A DNA stretch of 64,000 bases from Bacilli bacterium (GTDB lineage: Bacteria; Bacillota_I; Bacilli_A; RFN20; CAG-826), in assembly GCA_041653015.1 (NCBI GenBank), contig JBAZGG010000002.1, forward strand, positions 36,378 through 100,377. Direction: 5' to 3'. The notes beneath the pieces were generated by a model. The model did no database searches. It saw only the letters and a list, made by a program, of their open reading frames with translations, and was not told the DNA's origin. Numbering within the stretch: position 1 is the stretch's first letter; each line of letters begins with the position of its first letter. Made by a program: the position numbers and the translations under genes. Shown one piece after another: positions 49,961 through 61,602 of the stretch.

Positions 49961-50371
49961 TCAATGGTTTTCTTTGCTCGCTTGAATAGTATCGAGGCGA
50001 GCTAAAGAGCGAAGAAGAGACGCTTTTGCACGTAAGATATCGACTGAAGCATCTTTTTTATTTAATCTTATTTCGGCTCTTTCTTTGCTGGCCAACGCTC
50101 GCGCTTCGTCAATGTCATTAAGCGATTCAACATCATTGACTAATACGATTGTTTTATCCTTTTCAACATAGAGGACACCACCAAATTCGACATAAAATTC
50201 GACCTTGCCATTTGCTTTTGTGCGCAAAGGAGCAATTTCAATTGGGGTTATGAGAGGTATATGCCCTGTCATTACAGCGATAATACCATCGTGAGTCTTA
50301 ACATATAACTCATCGACTAATCTATCGGCATAAAGCCCTTTCGGTGTAAGAATAACTAATCTGAATGACAT
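49961..50371 (-). CDS. atpC: F0F1 ATP synthase subunit epsilon
   Basis: Last gene of the atp operon, 136 aa. Confidence 0.88.
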   Translation of the reverse strand: MSFRLVILTPKGLYADRLVDELYVKTHDGIIAVMTGHIPLITPIEIAPLRTKANGKVEFYVEFGGVLYVEKDKTIVLVNDVESLNDIDEARALASKERAEIRLNKKDASVDILRAKASLLRSLARLDTIQASKENH

Positions 50372-50373
50372 GA

Positions 50374-51786
<1,413 letters not shown>

Positions 51787-52635
51787 TTATGAATTTGTGT
51801 TAGCTGCGCCAACTACTTCAGTAATTTCTTGAGTGATGGATGCTTGTCTTATCTTGTTGTATTCAAGCGTCAATTTTTCTAAAAGATCATCAGCGTTATT
51901 ATTAGCATTTTCCATCGCTGTCCTTCTTGAAGCTTGTTCCGAAACTAATGACTCCATGATTTTTTGATTCACAATCGTATAGAAATAAATAGGTACTATC
52001 TCTTTCACAATAGTTGCGATGTTCGGTTCAAATAATGGCGGGTATTCGCTTAATTCTTCTTTTTGACTATTGAGTTGAATGGGCAAAATAGTAAATATTC
52101 TTGGAATGAACGTCATCGAATTGACATAATGCGTGTAAATCAATTTGATATGAGCGTATTTTTTATCACGAAATTCTTTTAAAACAAAATTGACCAATAG
52201 TTGGATACTTTTATAATTGATGTCGTTTACAGAAAAAACCAAACTATGGTTTATTTTCAAGTTTTCACTACGATAGCGCGAAATGCCTTTTGCACCTATT
52301 ACAATCAAATCATCATCTGCTTTAAGAGTTTTATTAACCAGATGAAAAACGTTGTTATTATATGATGCGCATAGTCCTAAATCGGAATTGACGACGATGA
52401 AGAGATCTTTTTCTGCAACAACCGATTCCGTAAACACATTTGTCATCTTGCTACCATATCTAAAGATTTTCTGAGATATCGACAAAATAGCGTCACTGAA
52501 CAAAGAGCCATCCATCATTACGGATTTGTATTTTTTAAGTTTGACGGTCGCTATTAATTCCATTGCTTTCGTAATTTTTTTTGTGGAACGAATGCTCATC
52601 ATCCTTCGCTTTGTTTTGTTTAAACCCAGTGACAT
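51787..52635 (-). CDS. atpG: F0F1 ATP synthase subunit gamma
   Basis: Position and sequence fit; 282 aa. Confidence 0.9.
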   Translation of the reverse strand: MSLGLNKTKRRMMSIRSTKKITKAMELIATVKLKKYKSVMMDGSLFSDAILSISQKIFRYGSKMTNVFTESVVAEKDLFIVVNSDLGLCASYNNNVFHLVNKTLKADDDLIVIGAKGISRYRSENLKINHSLVFSVNDINYKSIQLLVNFVLKEFRDKKYAHIKLIYTHYVNSMTFIPRIFTILPIQLNSQKEELSEYPPLFEPNIATIVKEIVPIYFYTIVNQKIMESLVSEQASRRTAMENANNNADDLLEKLTLEYNKIRQASITQEITEVVGAANTNS

Positions 52636-52647
52636 AAATGCTTCTTT

Positions 52648-54153
52648 CTACTTATTTATCTCAAAAAAATCATTACAAATTTTCCGCAATTTTTTGTCGA
52701 GAGCATCAGAAATATCCTTTTTCATATCTAACTCATCAATGATTGTTTTGTGCTGAGAAACAATTGAATTATAAAGGCTAGATAACAGAGGTCTAACTTT
52801 TTGCAAATCGATATTATCGAGAAATTTTTCTTTTACTGCATATATCTCGATAATTTGGCGTGTGACCGAATAAGTATCGTATTGATCTTGCTTCAAAAGC
52901 TCCAGCAAAACCATGCCATGAGCCAACACTTTCTTTGTTTCGATATCGAGGTCGCTACCAAATTGTGAAAATGATTGCAGTTCATTGAAATTAGCCAGTT
53001 CAATCTTTAACGATTTAGCCACCTTTTTCATCGCTTTATTCTGCGCTTCAGAGCCCACTCGAGAAACAGAGAATCCAGAATCGATCGCCGGTCGTTGGCC
53101 AATATTGAAAAGATCGCTCATCAAGAATATTTGTCCATCAGTGATAGAGATGACATTCGTCGGAATATACGCTGAAATGTCACCTGCTTGTGTCTCAATG
53201 ATTGGGAGAGCTGTAATTGATCCGCCACCGAATTCAGGCGCTAATTTGCACGCTCTTTCAAGAAGTCGAGAATGTAGATAGAAAACATCGCCTGGATACG
53301 CTTCTCTTCCAGGAGGTCTTTTTAAAAGAAGGGAGAGCGTGCGATAACTAACGGCGTGTTTGCTCAAATCATCAAAAATTATTAGCACGTCTTTGCCTTG
53401 ATCAAGCCATTCTTCGGCCATGGACATACCTGCATATGGTGCGATGTATTGCAGCGGAGCAAGTTCACTCGCTGTTGCGCTCACAACGACCGTATAAGAA
53501 AACGCTTGATGCTGTTTAAGTTTGCTCACAATTTGCGCTACGCTTGAATTTTTTTGTCCAATCGCCACATAGATGCAATAAACATTCTGATTTTTTTGGT
53601 TGATGATCGCATCGATAGCAATAGCTGTCTTTCCAGTCTGACGATCGCCGATAATCAATTCTCGTTGTCCACGACCAATTGGGATCATGGCATCAATGGC
53701 TTTAATTCCGGTTTGAAGAGGTGTATTAACCGATTCTCTCGTGATGACACTAGGAGCAATTTTTTCAATCGGTCTAGTTTTATTAGATTTGATATCGCCA
53801 AGTCCGTCAATCGGCTGTCCTAGAGCGTTGACGACTCTTCCGAGAAGCAGATCTCCAACTGGCACTTCAACCACAGAGTGAGTTCGTTTAACGAGATCGC
53901 CTTCGCTTATTTTTGTGTCATCGCCCAATAGAACACATCCGACATGTTCTTCTTCGAGATTCATTATCATGCCATAAACACCATTAGGAAAAACTAGGAG
54001 TTCACCTAGCATTGCTTTATCAAGACCATATACTAAAGCGATGCCATCACCTATTGTGACTACCGTGCCAACATCATCTGTCTCCAGTTTGTGTTCATAT
54101 CCTTTGATCTGCTCTTTTATTAGAGCGCTTATTTCCTTGGATTTAATTTGCAT
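52648..54153 (-). CDS. atpA: F0F1 ATP synthase subunit alpha
   Basis: Walker A GDRQTGKT, 501 aa. Confidence 0.95.
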   Translation of the reverse strand: MQIKSKEISALIKEQIKGYEHKLETDDVGTVVTIGDGIALVYGLDKAMLGELLVFPNGVYGMIMNLEEEHVGCVLLGDDTKISEGDLVKRTHSVVEVPVGDLLLGRVVNALGQPIDGLGDIKSNKTRPIEKIAPSVITRESVNTPLQTGIKAIDAMIPIGRGQRELIIGDRQTGKTAIAIDAIINQKNQNVYCIYVAIGQKNSSVAQIVSKLKQHQAFSYTVVVSATASELAPLQYIAPYAGMSMAEEWLDQGKDVLIIFDDLSKHAVSYRTLSLLLKRPPGREAYPGDVFYLHSRLLERACKLAPEFGGGSITALPIIETQAGDISAYIPTNVISITDGQIFLMSDLFNIGQRPAIDSGFSVSRVGSEAQNKAMKKVAKSLKIELANFNELQSFSQFGSDLDIETKKVLAHGMVLLELLKQDQYDTYSVTRQIIEIYAVKEKFLDNIDLQKVRPLLSSLYNSIVSQHKTIIDELDMKKDISDALDKKLRKICNDFFEINK

Positions 54154-54157
54154 AATA

Positions 54158-54694
54158 TCACCTATTTTCTATAAGCTCACTTTTTAATGAGTTAATTTTG
54201 TTCTTAATCGAAGCATCATAAACGCGATCATGAATAATTATTTTTATCCCACCGATTAACGATTCATCGATTTTATTGACCAATTCAACTTGTTTTTTGC
54301 TCTGTTTTTCTAACGCGGATTCAATCTCTCGAATCTTGCTCTCATGAAGCGGAATAGTAGAATAGATTAAGCCTTCTTCGATGTTTTGATAATCATTAGA
54401 CATTGAATTAAAATTGCGATAAATCGAAGCAAAATCATTAACTCGATGATTATCGATTAAAACTTTAAAGAAAGGGCAAAGGTGTCGAAGATTAAATGAG
54501 GAGCACAATAAAGAGGTGATTTCATATTTTTCTTTTTTGGCGATGAAAGAACTAGATAAAAATGCCAAAATCTCTTTATTTTCCATAATAGCAATATAAA
54601 GAGACTTCATCGCTGATTGATACTGAATGATTTCTTCATCATCTTTAGCGAGTGAATATAGCGCGCTGGCATATCTAACTCCAACATTATCCAT
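54158..54694 (-). CDS. atpH: F0F1 ATP synthase subunit delta
   Basis: Called by position and size, 178 aa. Confidence 0.8.
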   Translation of the reverse strand: MDNVGVRYASALYSLAKDDEEIIQYQSAMKSLYIAIMENKEILAFLSSSFIAKKEKYEITSLLCSSFNLRHLCPFFKVLIDNHRVNDFASIYRNFNSMSNDYQNIEEGLIYSTIPLHESKIREIESALEKQSKKQVELVNKIDESLIGGIKIIIHDRVYDASIKNKINSLKSELIENR

Positions 54695-55284
54695 TATCTA
54701 TCCTCTTTTTCACTTTTCACATCATCGATAAACTGGTCAACGAGTCTCTCGTTGTCTTTTTCATTTACTTCTCGCTCGAGTATTTTTGTCGATGCTCCAA
54801 GCGCGACATCAATAATTTCTTTGCGAATCTCCTCTTTAGCTTTTTCTTGCTCGCGAGCGATTTGAACTCTCGCTTGAACAATCTCTTCATTCGCTTTTGT
54901 TTTGCTCTCATCTAAAATATTCTTTTGATTCTCGAGAGCGTCAACTCGCGCTTTTTTCACTATTGATTGGGCCTCTTCTTTGCTTTGAATAATTGTTTGT
55001 TTCGATTGTTCAATGTTACTATCAGCCATTTTGTTCTTAACTTCGCTCTCTTTAATGTTACCTTCAACATAATCAGAGCGCTTTTTCAGAAGTTTTTTAA
55101 CAGGCTTGTACGCTAGAAAAATCACAGCAATTATTAAAACAATTAAGGCCAGCAGTTGCACCAAAAAACTCCAAAAATTCGGAATTAATTTGCTGAGAAA
55201 ATCATCTGGCGAAAATGGTGAAGTGCTAGATGTTCCTTCACTGATGGTCGTCAATTTAATAAAAGCGCAAATAAAATTGTTCAT
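54694..55284 (-). CDS. atpF: F0F1 ATP synthase subunit b
   Basis: Single TM helix plus a long charged helix. Confidence 0.8.
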   Translation of the reverse strand: MNNFICAFIKLTTISEGTSSTSPFSPDDFLSKLIPNFWSFLVQLLALIVLIIAVIFLAYKPVKKLLKKRSDYVEGNIKESEVKNKMADSNIEQSKQTIIQSKEEAQSIVKKARVDALENQKNILDESKTKANEEIVQARVQIAREQEKAKEEIRKEIIDVALGASTKILEREVNEKDNERLVDQFIDDVKSEKEDR

Positions 55285-55296
55285 TAAAACTCCAAA

Positions 55297-55533
55297 CTAC
55301 TTCATTCCGAGCATGAAGATGATAAGAATTGAGATGAGAAGAGCATAAATTCCACAAGTTTCAACAAGAGCACACGCAATAATCATCGTGCTGCGAAGTT
55401 TTGATGCGTTCTCTGGATTTCGTGAAATACCCTCGACAGCTTTGACACAAATCCATGCTTCGCCGATTGAACAAGCCATACCAGCGAGAATAGATACTGC
55501 AGCGGCAAGAGCGATCATTCCTGTATTATCCAT
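55297..55533 (-). CDS. atpE: F0F1 ATP synthase subunit c
   Basis: Two-helix hairpin proteolipid, 78 aa. Confidence 0.9.
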   Translation of the reverse strand: MDNTGMIALAAAVSILAGMACSIGEAWICVKAVEGISRNPENASKLRSTMIIACALVETCGIYALLISILIIFMLGMK

Positions 55534-55548
55534 CGTTTTTCCTCCTTT

Positions 55549-56307
55549 CTAAAGACTAACTTTTTGAGTGTTTATTTGAGCATTGCTCAAATCTTCATCC
55601 TCTGGTTTCTCTTGAGCGATAAACAAAGCGCTCAAGTAGCAGAACACCAATGTTTGTATTGCCCCTGAAAACAGATCAAAGTAGCAATGCAATATGGGCG
55701 TTATAAATGGAGCAACAAATATTCCGCTCGCTGCTCCAGCAGAGGCAAATAAAGCGCTGGATAAATTGCCTAATGACCAATAGATGAGAGTCATCAGAAC
55801 CCATCCAGCTAAGGCGTTACCAAAAAGACGTAAACAGGTCGACAGAAGAGGTGCCCACATCGATAACAAGTTTATTGGTAGAAAAATGGCAATAGGTTCG
55901 ACATAGCGCTTAAAATATCGCCACTTTGTATATCTTATCGATGTTATATGGATCAATGAGAACATGATGATCGATAATGACAGAGGACAAGCGATATATG
56001 TGATTGGACTTGGAAAGCCGGTCAAACCAAAAACAAAAGATAGAAATAAATACGAGGCGATAGCTAAAAAATAACCGCCAAAACCCGCAAATGCAGGGCC
56101 CATTGTTTCATCGACAAATCCATCCAGTTTCTCAACAGCCCATTCGACTAAAAGCAATAGGCCTTTTGGTCTCTTGAGCGGATCAGCGCATTTGGCCAAA
56201 ATGAAAATGACTAAGCAAAGTATTATCAATAATGAAATAACAATTAGCGATGAATACACTTCTGGAGCGATATTAAAATCAAAGAAATGATTTATTCTTT
56301 CTTGCAT
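55549..56307 (-). CDS. atpB: F0F1 ATP synthase subunit a
   Basis: Polytopic, with the conserved Arg-containing C-terminal helices; 252 aa. Confidence 0.88.
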   Translation of the reverse strand: MQERINHFFDFNIAPEVYSSLIVISLLIILCLVIFILAKCADPLKRPKGLLLLVEWAVEKLDGFVDETMGPAFAGFGGYFLAIASYLFLSFVFGLTGFPSPITYIACPLSLSIIMFSLIHITSIRYTKWRYFKRYVEPIAIFLPINLLSMWAPLLSTCLRLFGNALAGWVLMTLIYWSLGNLSSALFASAGAASGIFVAPFITPILHCYFDLFSGAIQTLVFCYLSALFIAQEKPEDEDLSNAQINTQKVSL

Positions 56308-56717
56308 GCTTCACCCTTTTTCTTACCTTGTATCACAAGAACGACGATCTGAATTGGCATATAAGCGATAAACACAGCAAATAGATTAAAAACATAAATC
56401 TGCGCAACATATGTTAATAGCGCAGCCAATAACAAACCACCTAAATAGAGCAAAAATCTTGCAAAGTAAAGCAAGACAACAATTACTGTGTCAGCTGTTT
56501 TGCTCGTCTGCTTCGACATTTTTTCAGTTGATAGAACTAGAAACCATAATGAGACAGCTTCAATAGCAGAGCCGAGCAAAAAACCAAATTCCCAGTCCCA
56601 ACTCAATAATGAAGTGGCACAAAACGGAAGAAAAGTTAGGGCACCGAATGACACGATGAGGCAAAGAACAAAAAACATTTTTGCGGTATCATTCAAATTC
56701 TTGTACCATTTAATCAT
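56292..56717 (-). CDS. atpI: ATP synthase protein I-like small membrane protein
   Basis: Hydrophobic 141-aa protein, first gene of the operon. A TATAAT-containing promoter lies at about 56760-56790 on the minus strand. Confidence 0.55.
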   Translation of the reverse strand: MIKWYKNLNDTAKMFFVLCLIVSFGALTFLPFCATSLLSWDWEFGFLLGSAIEAVSLWFLVLSTEKMSKQTSKTADTVIVVLLYFARFLLYLGGLLLAALLTYVAQIYVFNLFAVFIAYMPIQIVVLVIQGKKKGEACKKE

Positions 56718-56824
56718 GATTTTTCTTTCTTCTTTCTTTTAGAAATCTTTTTGTAGTACTAGAGTATTATTATATGACAAAAAAGTCAACACTAAGTGAT
56801 GACTTTAAGATGATAAAATGGCTA

Positions 56825-58030
56825 TTATTTCACTTTGATGTTTTTTAGAACGGCAGTTTTAAAAATGCCATTTTCAAATTTGACACTCGCTTCACCTTGG
56901 ATGAGAGGTGAAAGATAGTCTTTAAATTCTTGAGACATTTTTGTCGCTCCATTCATCATCGAAGCGGGAACAGTGCTCTCTTCATTGGCAATTTTTGAAA
57001 TATCTTCCGCTACATATTTTACAGTATAAGGGTTGTTGGAAACTCGTTTGATACAAATCATCATTCCCGTTGTTCCTTCAATGGCTTTTTGAACAGCGAT
57101 TTTTCCACATTGTTCAGCTTCATCTTGATCGATTTTACTCACCAAAATACAGTCTGCGCGTTGTGCTAATGACAATTCGATTGAACGAGTCGGCAAATCC
57201 AATTTCTTTTCCACAATTTGTGCAAGAGCATCAGCAGCGCCTCCGAGTTGAACGTGATTGAAGGCATCGATTCGGGCAGTTGAAGCATCTCTTTCAAAGA
57301 CAATTCCTTCAGAAATTGCTGCAATAGCGTGACCTTTTTTCCCATAGACTTCTTTCACGGAAGTTAAGAATTCATCGACAGAAAACACATTCTCTGGCAA
57401 ATAGATGAAATCAGGCCTTATGCCTTGTGGCAACAAATCGACAGAGGCTGTGAGCCAGCCAGCATTTCGACCCATTATTTCGATGATAAAAACTTTCCCT
57501 TTTTTATATCCAGCAGCATCGACGCATATCTCCTTAACGAGATTGATAACGTGCTTTGCGGCAGATGGAAATCCTAAAGAATGATCGGTGAGCGCTAAAT
57601 CGTTATCGACAGTTTTTGGAACACCGACGACACGGCAATCGAGATGAAGTTCTTTACAAAGAACAGACAATTTCATGCAGGTGTCCATGGAGTCGTTTCC
57701 CCCATTGACGAAGACATAGCCGATATCATGCTTTTTCAATGTGAAAATTATTTTTTCATATTGCGAATCATGAATGTCTTTTGGCAATTTATACCTGGTG
57801 GTGCCGAGAACAGCACCAGGGGTTTGTTTAAGCAGTTCAATCGTCTCATCGCTTTCAGCATTCAAATCTATCAGATCATCATTTATTAATCCTTCAATAC
57901 CATGTCGCGATCCATAGATTGCGACGATTTCATCTTTATGAAGCCTCGCCTCTTTTATTGCACCATATAGTGAAGTATTAATGACTGCAGTAGGTCCACC
58001 GCTTTGAATGTATACCATCGCTTTTTTCAT
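56825..58030 (-). CDS. Long-form phosphofructokinase with PPi-type signature residues (putative pyrophosphate-dependent PFK)
   Basis: GGNDS sits in place of GGDGS, and PKTVDNDL in place of GLPGTIDND (G-to-D and G-to-K substitutions). About 400 aa. The start was set at 58030, after AAGGAG. Confidence 0.75.
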   Translation of the reverse strand: MKKAMVYIQSGGPTAVINTSLYGAIKEARLHKDEIVAIYGSRHGIEGLINDDLIDLNAESDETIELLKQTPGAVLGTTRYKLPKDIHDSQYEKIIFTLKKHDIGYVFVNGGNDSMDTCMKLSVLCKELHLDCRVVGVPKTVDNDLALTDHSLGFPSAAKHVINLVKEICVDAAGYKKGKVFIIEIMGRNAGWLTASVDLLPQGIRPDFIYLPENVFSVDEFLTSVKEVYGKKGHAIAAISEGIVFERDASTARIDAFNHVQLGGAADALAQIVEKKLDLPTRSIELSLAQRADCILVSKIDQDEAEQCGKIAVQKAIEGTTGMMICIKRVSNNPYTVKYVAEDISKIANEESTVPASMMNGATKMSQEFKDYLSPLIQGEASVKFENGIFKTAVLKNIKVK

Positions 58031-58145
58031 AATAAAATTTCTCCTTATCTCCAAAACGTTATAAATTATACCATAAATTGTCTATTTTTAATAGCCAATC
58101 GACGCGATACGCAATTTGCTCGACAGACAATGATTCACTGCTGTG

Positions 58146-59711
58146 CTAGATGATTGACCAAGGGGTTGTTGATTGATATTCGGTTGGAGGATAGTCGGTT
58201 CCTGTCGGAGTATAGTTTCCCGCTGTCATAGAACCAAATCTTTGACCCCAGCCATCAGCATAATTGAGATATTCTTGAAAATCGCCATAATGGTCATATG
58301 TATAAAAGACATATCGATTATTGATGTTTTCCGCTCCATTAAATGATGAGTTGAGAGTATTCTCTATCGTTGAAACATCTTTCCCTTCGGAATTCGTTGA
58401 TGTGGTCGCTTGATATTTAGCCGTAAAAACAAATCGGAGCACACCGCGGTTGATGGAGCCTCCTGATGAATATATGCCCTGACCATAAACATAGTCCTCA
58501 CTGTTATAGTTTTCCCAATCGCCAAAGTCGCATTCGACATAGTAGCGTGTGGCAACTCCATAATTTTCAGAATAGAGAGCCATGCCCGGAAAAGCTGGTT
58601 CGTATGTATATTTGCTTTGCTGAGGTCCAGAAAAAGAACCATAGTTGACTCTTCCAGCTCTCCACCAATTCTGTGATGAAGTGCACGATGACGAAGTATC
58701 ATTTTTTGTATATCCCATATTTGGAGGAACTTCTTCAAATGCTAATAGATAAGCTGCCACTTCATTTAATGAAGTGTAAGCACCGCCGTAATATATTGTT
58801 TCGAACGTCGTACCATCAGGATTTAGAATGGTGTAAGATTCATAAGAATTATCATCCTGAAATGTATATTGAGCGGCGGTGTTGCGCTTATAATATCCAC
58901 CGGACATATAGTTCGATGACACATTCGTCGTCGAATATATCTCGCTCGACATGTTCGTTCCAGAAATTAAACCATGAGCGGTGCGCAATTGAGCATCCTC
59001 AAACGAGTTTGCAATCACATAGGAGCTCGATGTTTCAAAAGTTTCTCTCTCTTCATTTGTGTCGATTCCCTCATATGGATCAGCCGATGAAGAATCGTCT
59101 GAAACGGAATCGTTCGCAGCAGTTTTGCACGTATATGTGATCTCCACGCTTTGAATCAGAGCAGTTCCAAAATCATAATCATAGATTTGAAAATAGGAAT
59201 ATCCAGACGAAAAGTCGCCTGAATTCACCGAAAAAGATAATGTTTGATAAGCATTTCTTTGCGTGACGCCATCGAGAGTCAAAACAGCATCGGTATCACC
59301 ATAATTATCGCCTAAGTAAAGGTTTAATTTTTTGCTTGATGTTATGTGGCTGCTATTGGAAGCAAAGGTGACGGAAACACTCTGAATATTAGTGATTTGA
59401 TTATCGTTTGCATTCCCGTAATAACCATATGTGGATAAAGAAAGAGCGCAAGCGGAGCTCGCTTTAGCGTAGTCATATTCTATTGAGACAGCATTATTTT
59501 CAGTCGTGAGAGCGTTCACCGCGCCATATGAATCGTAAAGAGAAGTAACATTACCATTGGAGGATGATAGAGTCAAAGTATAGATTGAATCGACACCAAA
59601 AAGAGACAAAATGTTGCCGCTATAGGAAGCCGCAACAACAAAAATAACCGTGAAGATGAGAGTTGATAAAGGAATGAATAATCTGGTTAATTTGTGATTG
59701 CTGGCCATCAT
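58146..59711 (-). CDS. Hypothetical secreted or surface-anchored protein rich in Ser/Thr/Tyr/Asn/Gly
   Basis: N-terminal signal-anchor helix. No recognisable catalytic motif. Confidence 0.55.
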   Translation of the reverse strand: MMASNHKLTRLFIPLSTLIFTVIFVVAASYSGNILSLFGVDSIYTLTLSSSNGNVTSLYDSYGAVNALTTENNAVSIEYDYAKASSACALSLSTYGYYGNANDNQITNIQSVSVTFASNSSHITSSKKLNLYLGDNYGDTDAVLTLDGVTQRNAYQTLSFSVNSGDFSSGYSYFQIYDYDFGTALIQSVEITYTCKTAANDSVSDDSSSADPYEGIDTNEERETFETSSSYVIANSFEDAQLRTAHGLISGTNMSSEIYSTTNVSSNYMSGGYYKRNTAAQYTFQDDNSYESYTILNPDGTTFETIYYGGAYTSLNEVAAYLLAFEEVPPNMGYTKNDTSSSCTSSQNWWRAGRVNYGSFSGPQQSKYTYEPAFPGMALYSENYGVATRYYVECDFGDWENYNSEDYVYGQGIYSSGGSINRGVLRFVFTAKYQATTSTNSEGKDVSTIENTLNSSFNGAENINNRYVFYTYDHYGDFQEYLNYADGWGQRFGSMTAGNYTPTGTDYPPTEYQSTTPWSII

Positions 59712-59841
59712 GAATAATTACTAACGCAAGTAATAATAACGCATTTTTACAGAATAATAAAAGAAAATACCCATCAGTTATTTTTTTGCTGTTCATTCTA
59801 TTATTTTCTCAACATTGACGCATGCGCTTTATTTTACTGAT

Positions 59842-59855
59842 TGAAAGCGCTTGCA
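59842..59855. promoter_or_regulatory. cre-like catabolite-responsive element overlapping the promoter of the uridine-kinase-like gene
   Basis: TGAAAGCGCTTGCA is one mismatch from the optimal cre TGAAAGCGCTTTCA. It lies immediately 5' of the extended -10 TGTGTATAAT (59857-59866). Confidence 0.5.
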
Positions 59856-59904
59856 TTGTGTATAATAATGAAGTAGTATTTTTTCATTTCTGGAGGAAAA
59901 AAAT

Positions 59905-61548
59905 ATGGCGTTTACACTTAGATATAACGGAAAACAGCAAACATTCGATAAAAAAGTATCATTGCTGTCTCTTCTCGATAATAATGATGAATCGATAATT
60001 TGCGCGAAAGTTAACAATCGAATCCGCGAATTGACGTATGAGGTATATTACGACGCTGATGTCCAATTTTTGACGATCAAGGATCAGGACGCTAACAAAA
60101 CTTATGAAACGTCTCTGCGATTTGTCATCGCAATGGCTTTCGCAAGAGCGTATCCCGAGCTCGAGGTGAGATTTTGTTATAACGTTTCGCGCTCAATATT
60201 TATTCAAATTTTGAACGACAACATCAGAAGCGATATGACAATGATAAAAAAGATTCAGCAGGAAATTGATTCAATAATCGAGGCCGACTATCCTTTTAAG
60301 CGCTTTATTGTGTCAAATGAGGAAGCGGCTGAAATCTATGAAAAAGAAGGTTATAAAGACAAATTGGCCATTTTAAAATATCGACCAGAAAAAACCGTTC
60401 ATCTATATGATTGCGATGGATATCTCAACTATATGTTTGGACATATGGTGCCATCAACAGGCTATTTGAAAACGTTCAAATTAAGACTGTATTCTCCAGG
60501 TATTCTCGTTCAGTATCCTCGCGCCGAAGTCGGTGGAGTCATCCCTCAATTTGAGGATGCGCCAACTTTTGGCAAAACTTTAAAAGAATCGCACACATGG
60601 GGTAAAATTGCTGGAGCAGATTCTGTCTCTGGCATTAATGAGCACATTCTCAAAGATGGCGATGTCGATTTCATCAATATGTGCGAAACGAGACATAATC
60701 GCATGCTCTGTGAATTGGGTCAATTGATTCAGAACGACATCTCTGATATTCGATTGATATGCATCGCCGGACCTTCTTCGAGTGGAAAAACAACATTTGC
60801 AAATAGGCTCAGAATCGAACTCCTTTCTCGCGGAATTAAACCGATTAGGATCAGTATCGATGATTACTATCTGCCGAGAGAGCAAGCTCCAAAAGATGAA
60901 AATGGCGAGCCCGATCTCGAATCGATTGAAGCTCTTGATATCGATTTGTTTAATCAGAACATGATCTCTCTCATCAATGGAGAAAAAGTTCAATTGCCAA
61001 AATTCGATTTCAAAATTGGTAAGAGGGTGCCAGGACGCATTTTGAAAGTTCCATTGGATGAACCTATTATTATCGAAGGTATACACGCTCTCAATGAACG
61101 TTTAACCACTCAGATTCCAAAGCATCAAAAATTTAAAGTGTATATCGCTCCTCAAGCTCAGATCAATCTCGATAATCACAATCCGATCTCCCTAACTGAT
61201 TTGCGCTTATTGAGAAGAATCGTTCGCGATTATAAGTTCAGAAATGCTTCAGCGGAAGAGACGATTAGCATGTGGCCAAGCGTAAGGCGAGGAGAATTCC
61301 GCTGGATCTATGGAACTCAAGAAGGGGCAGATTACGTATATAATTCCATGCTGTCATATGAGCTATGCGTCATGAAAAAATATGCTATGCCACTACTTTC
61401 TGCTATTGAAAAAGATTCACAATATTTTCCGGTTTCTGAAAGGCTGATTCGAATGCTCAAATACTTCAATGATATGTCAGATCAATGGGTGCCATGCAAT
61501 TCATTGTTAAGAGAATTCATCGGTGGCTCTTGCTATGCCGATATCTAA
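59905..61548 (+). CDS. Uridine kinase/phosphoribulokinase-family protein with an N-terminal ThrRS-like TGS domain
   Basis: P-loop IAGPSSSGKTT plus a uridine-kinase-like core in the C-terminal half. The N-terminal part of about 250 aa resembles the ThrRS N-terminal TGS/second additional domain. Confidence 0.65.
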   Translation: MAFTLRYNGKQQTFDKKVSLLSLLDNNDESIICAKVNNRIRELTYEVYYDADVQFLTIKDQDANKTYETSLRFVIAMAFARAYPELEVRFCYNVSRSIFIQILNDNIRSDMTMIKKIQQEIDSIIEADYPFKRFIVSNEEAAEIYEKEGYKDKLAILKYRPEKTVHLYDCDGYLNYMFGHMVPSTGYLKTFKLRLYSPGILVQYPRAEVGGVIPQFEDAPTFGKTLKESHTWGKIAGADSVSGINEHILKDGDVDFINMCETRHNRMLCELGQLIQNDISDIRLICIAGPSSSGKTTFANRLRIELLSRGIKPIRISIDDYYLPREQAPKDENGEPDLESIEALDIDLFNQNMISLINGEKVQLPKFDFKIGKRVPGRILKVPLDEPIIIEGIHALNERLTTQIPKHQKFKVYIAPQAQINLDNHNPISLTDLRLLRRIVRDYKFRNASAEETISMWPSVRRGEFRWIYGTQEGADYVYNSMLSYELCVMKKYAMPLLSAIEKDSQYFPVSERLIRMLKYFNDMSDQWVPCNSLLREFIGGSCYADI

Positions 61549-61561
61549 AGGGCAGATTTAA

Positions 61562-61597
61562 AAATAAAACCACGATATGAAATCGTGGTTTTTTATT
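61562..61597. terminator. Bidirectional intrinsic terminator between the udk-like gene and glyA
   Basis: ACCACGAT - atgaa - ATCGTGGT, flanked by an A-run and a T-run. Confidence 0.75.
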
Positions 61598-61602
61598 AAA
61601 CT

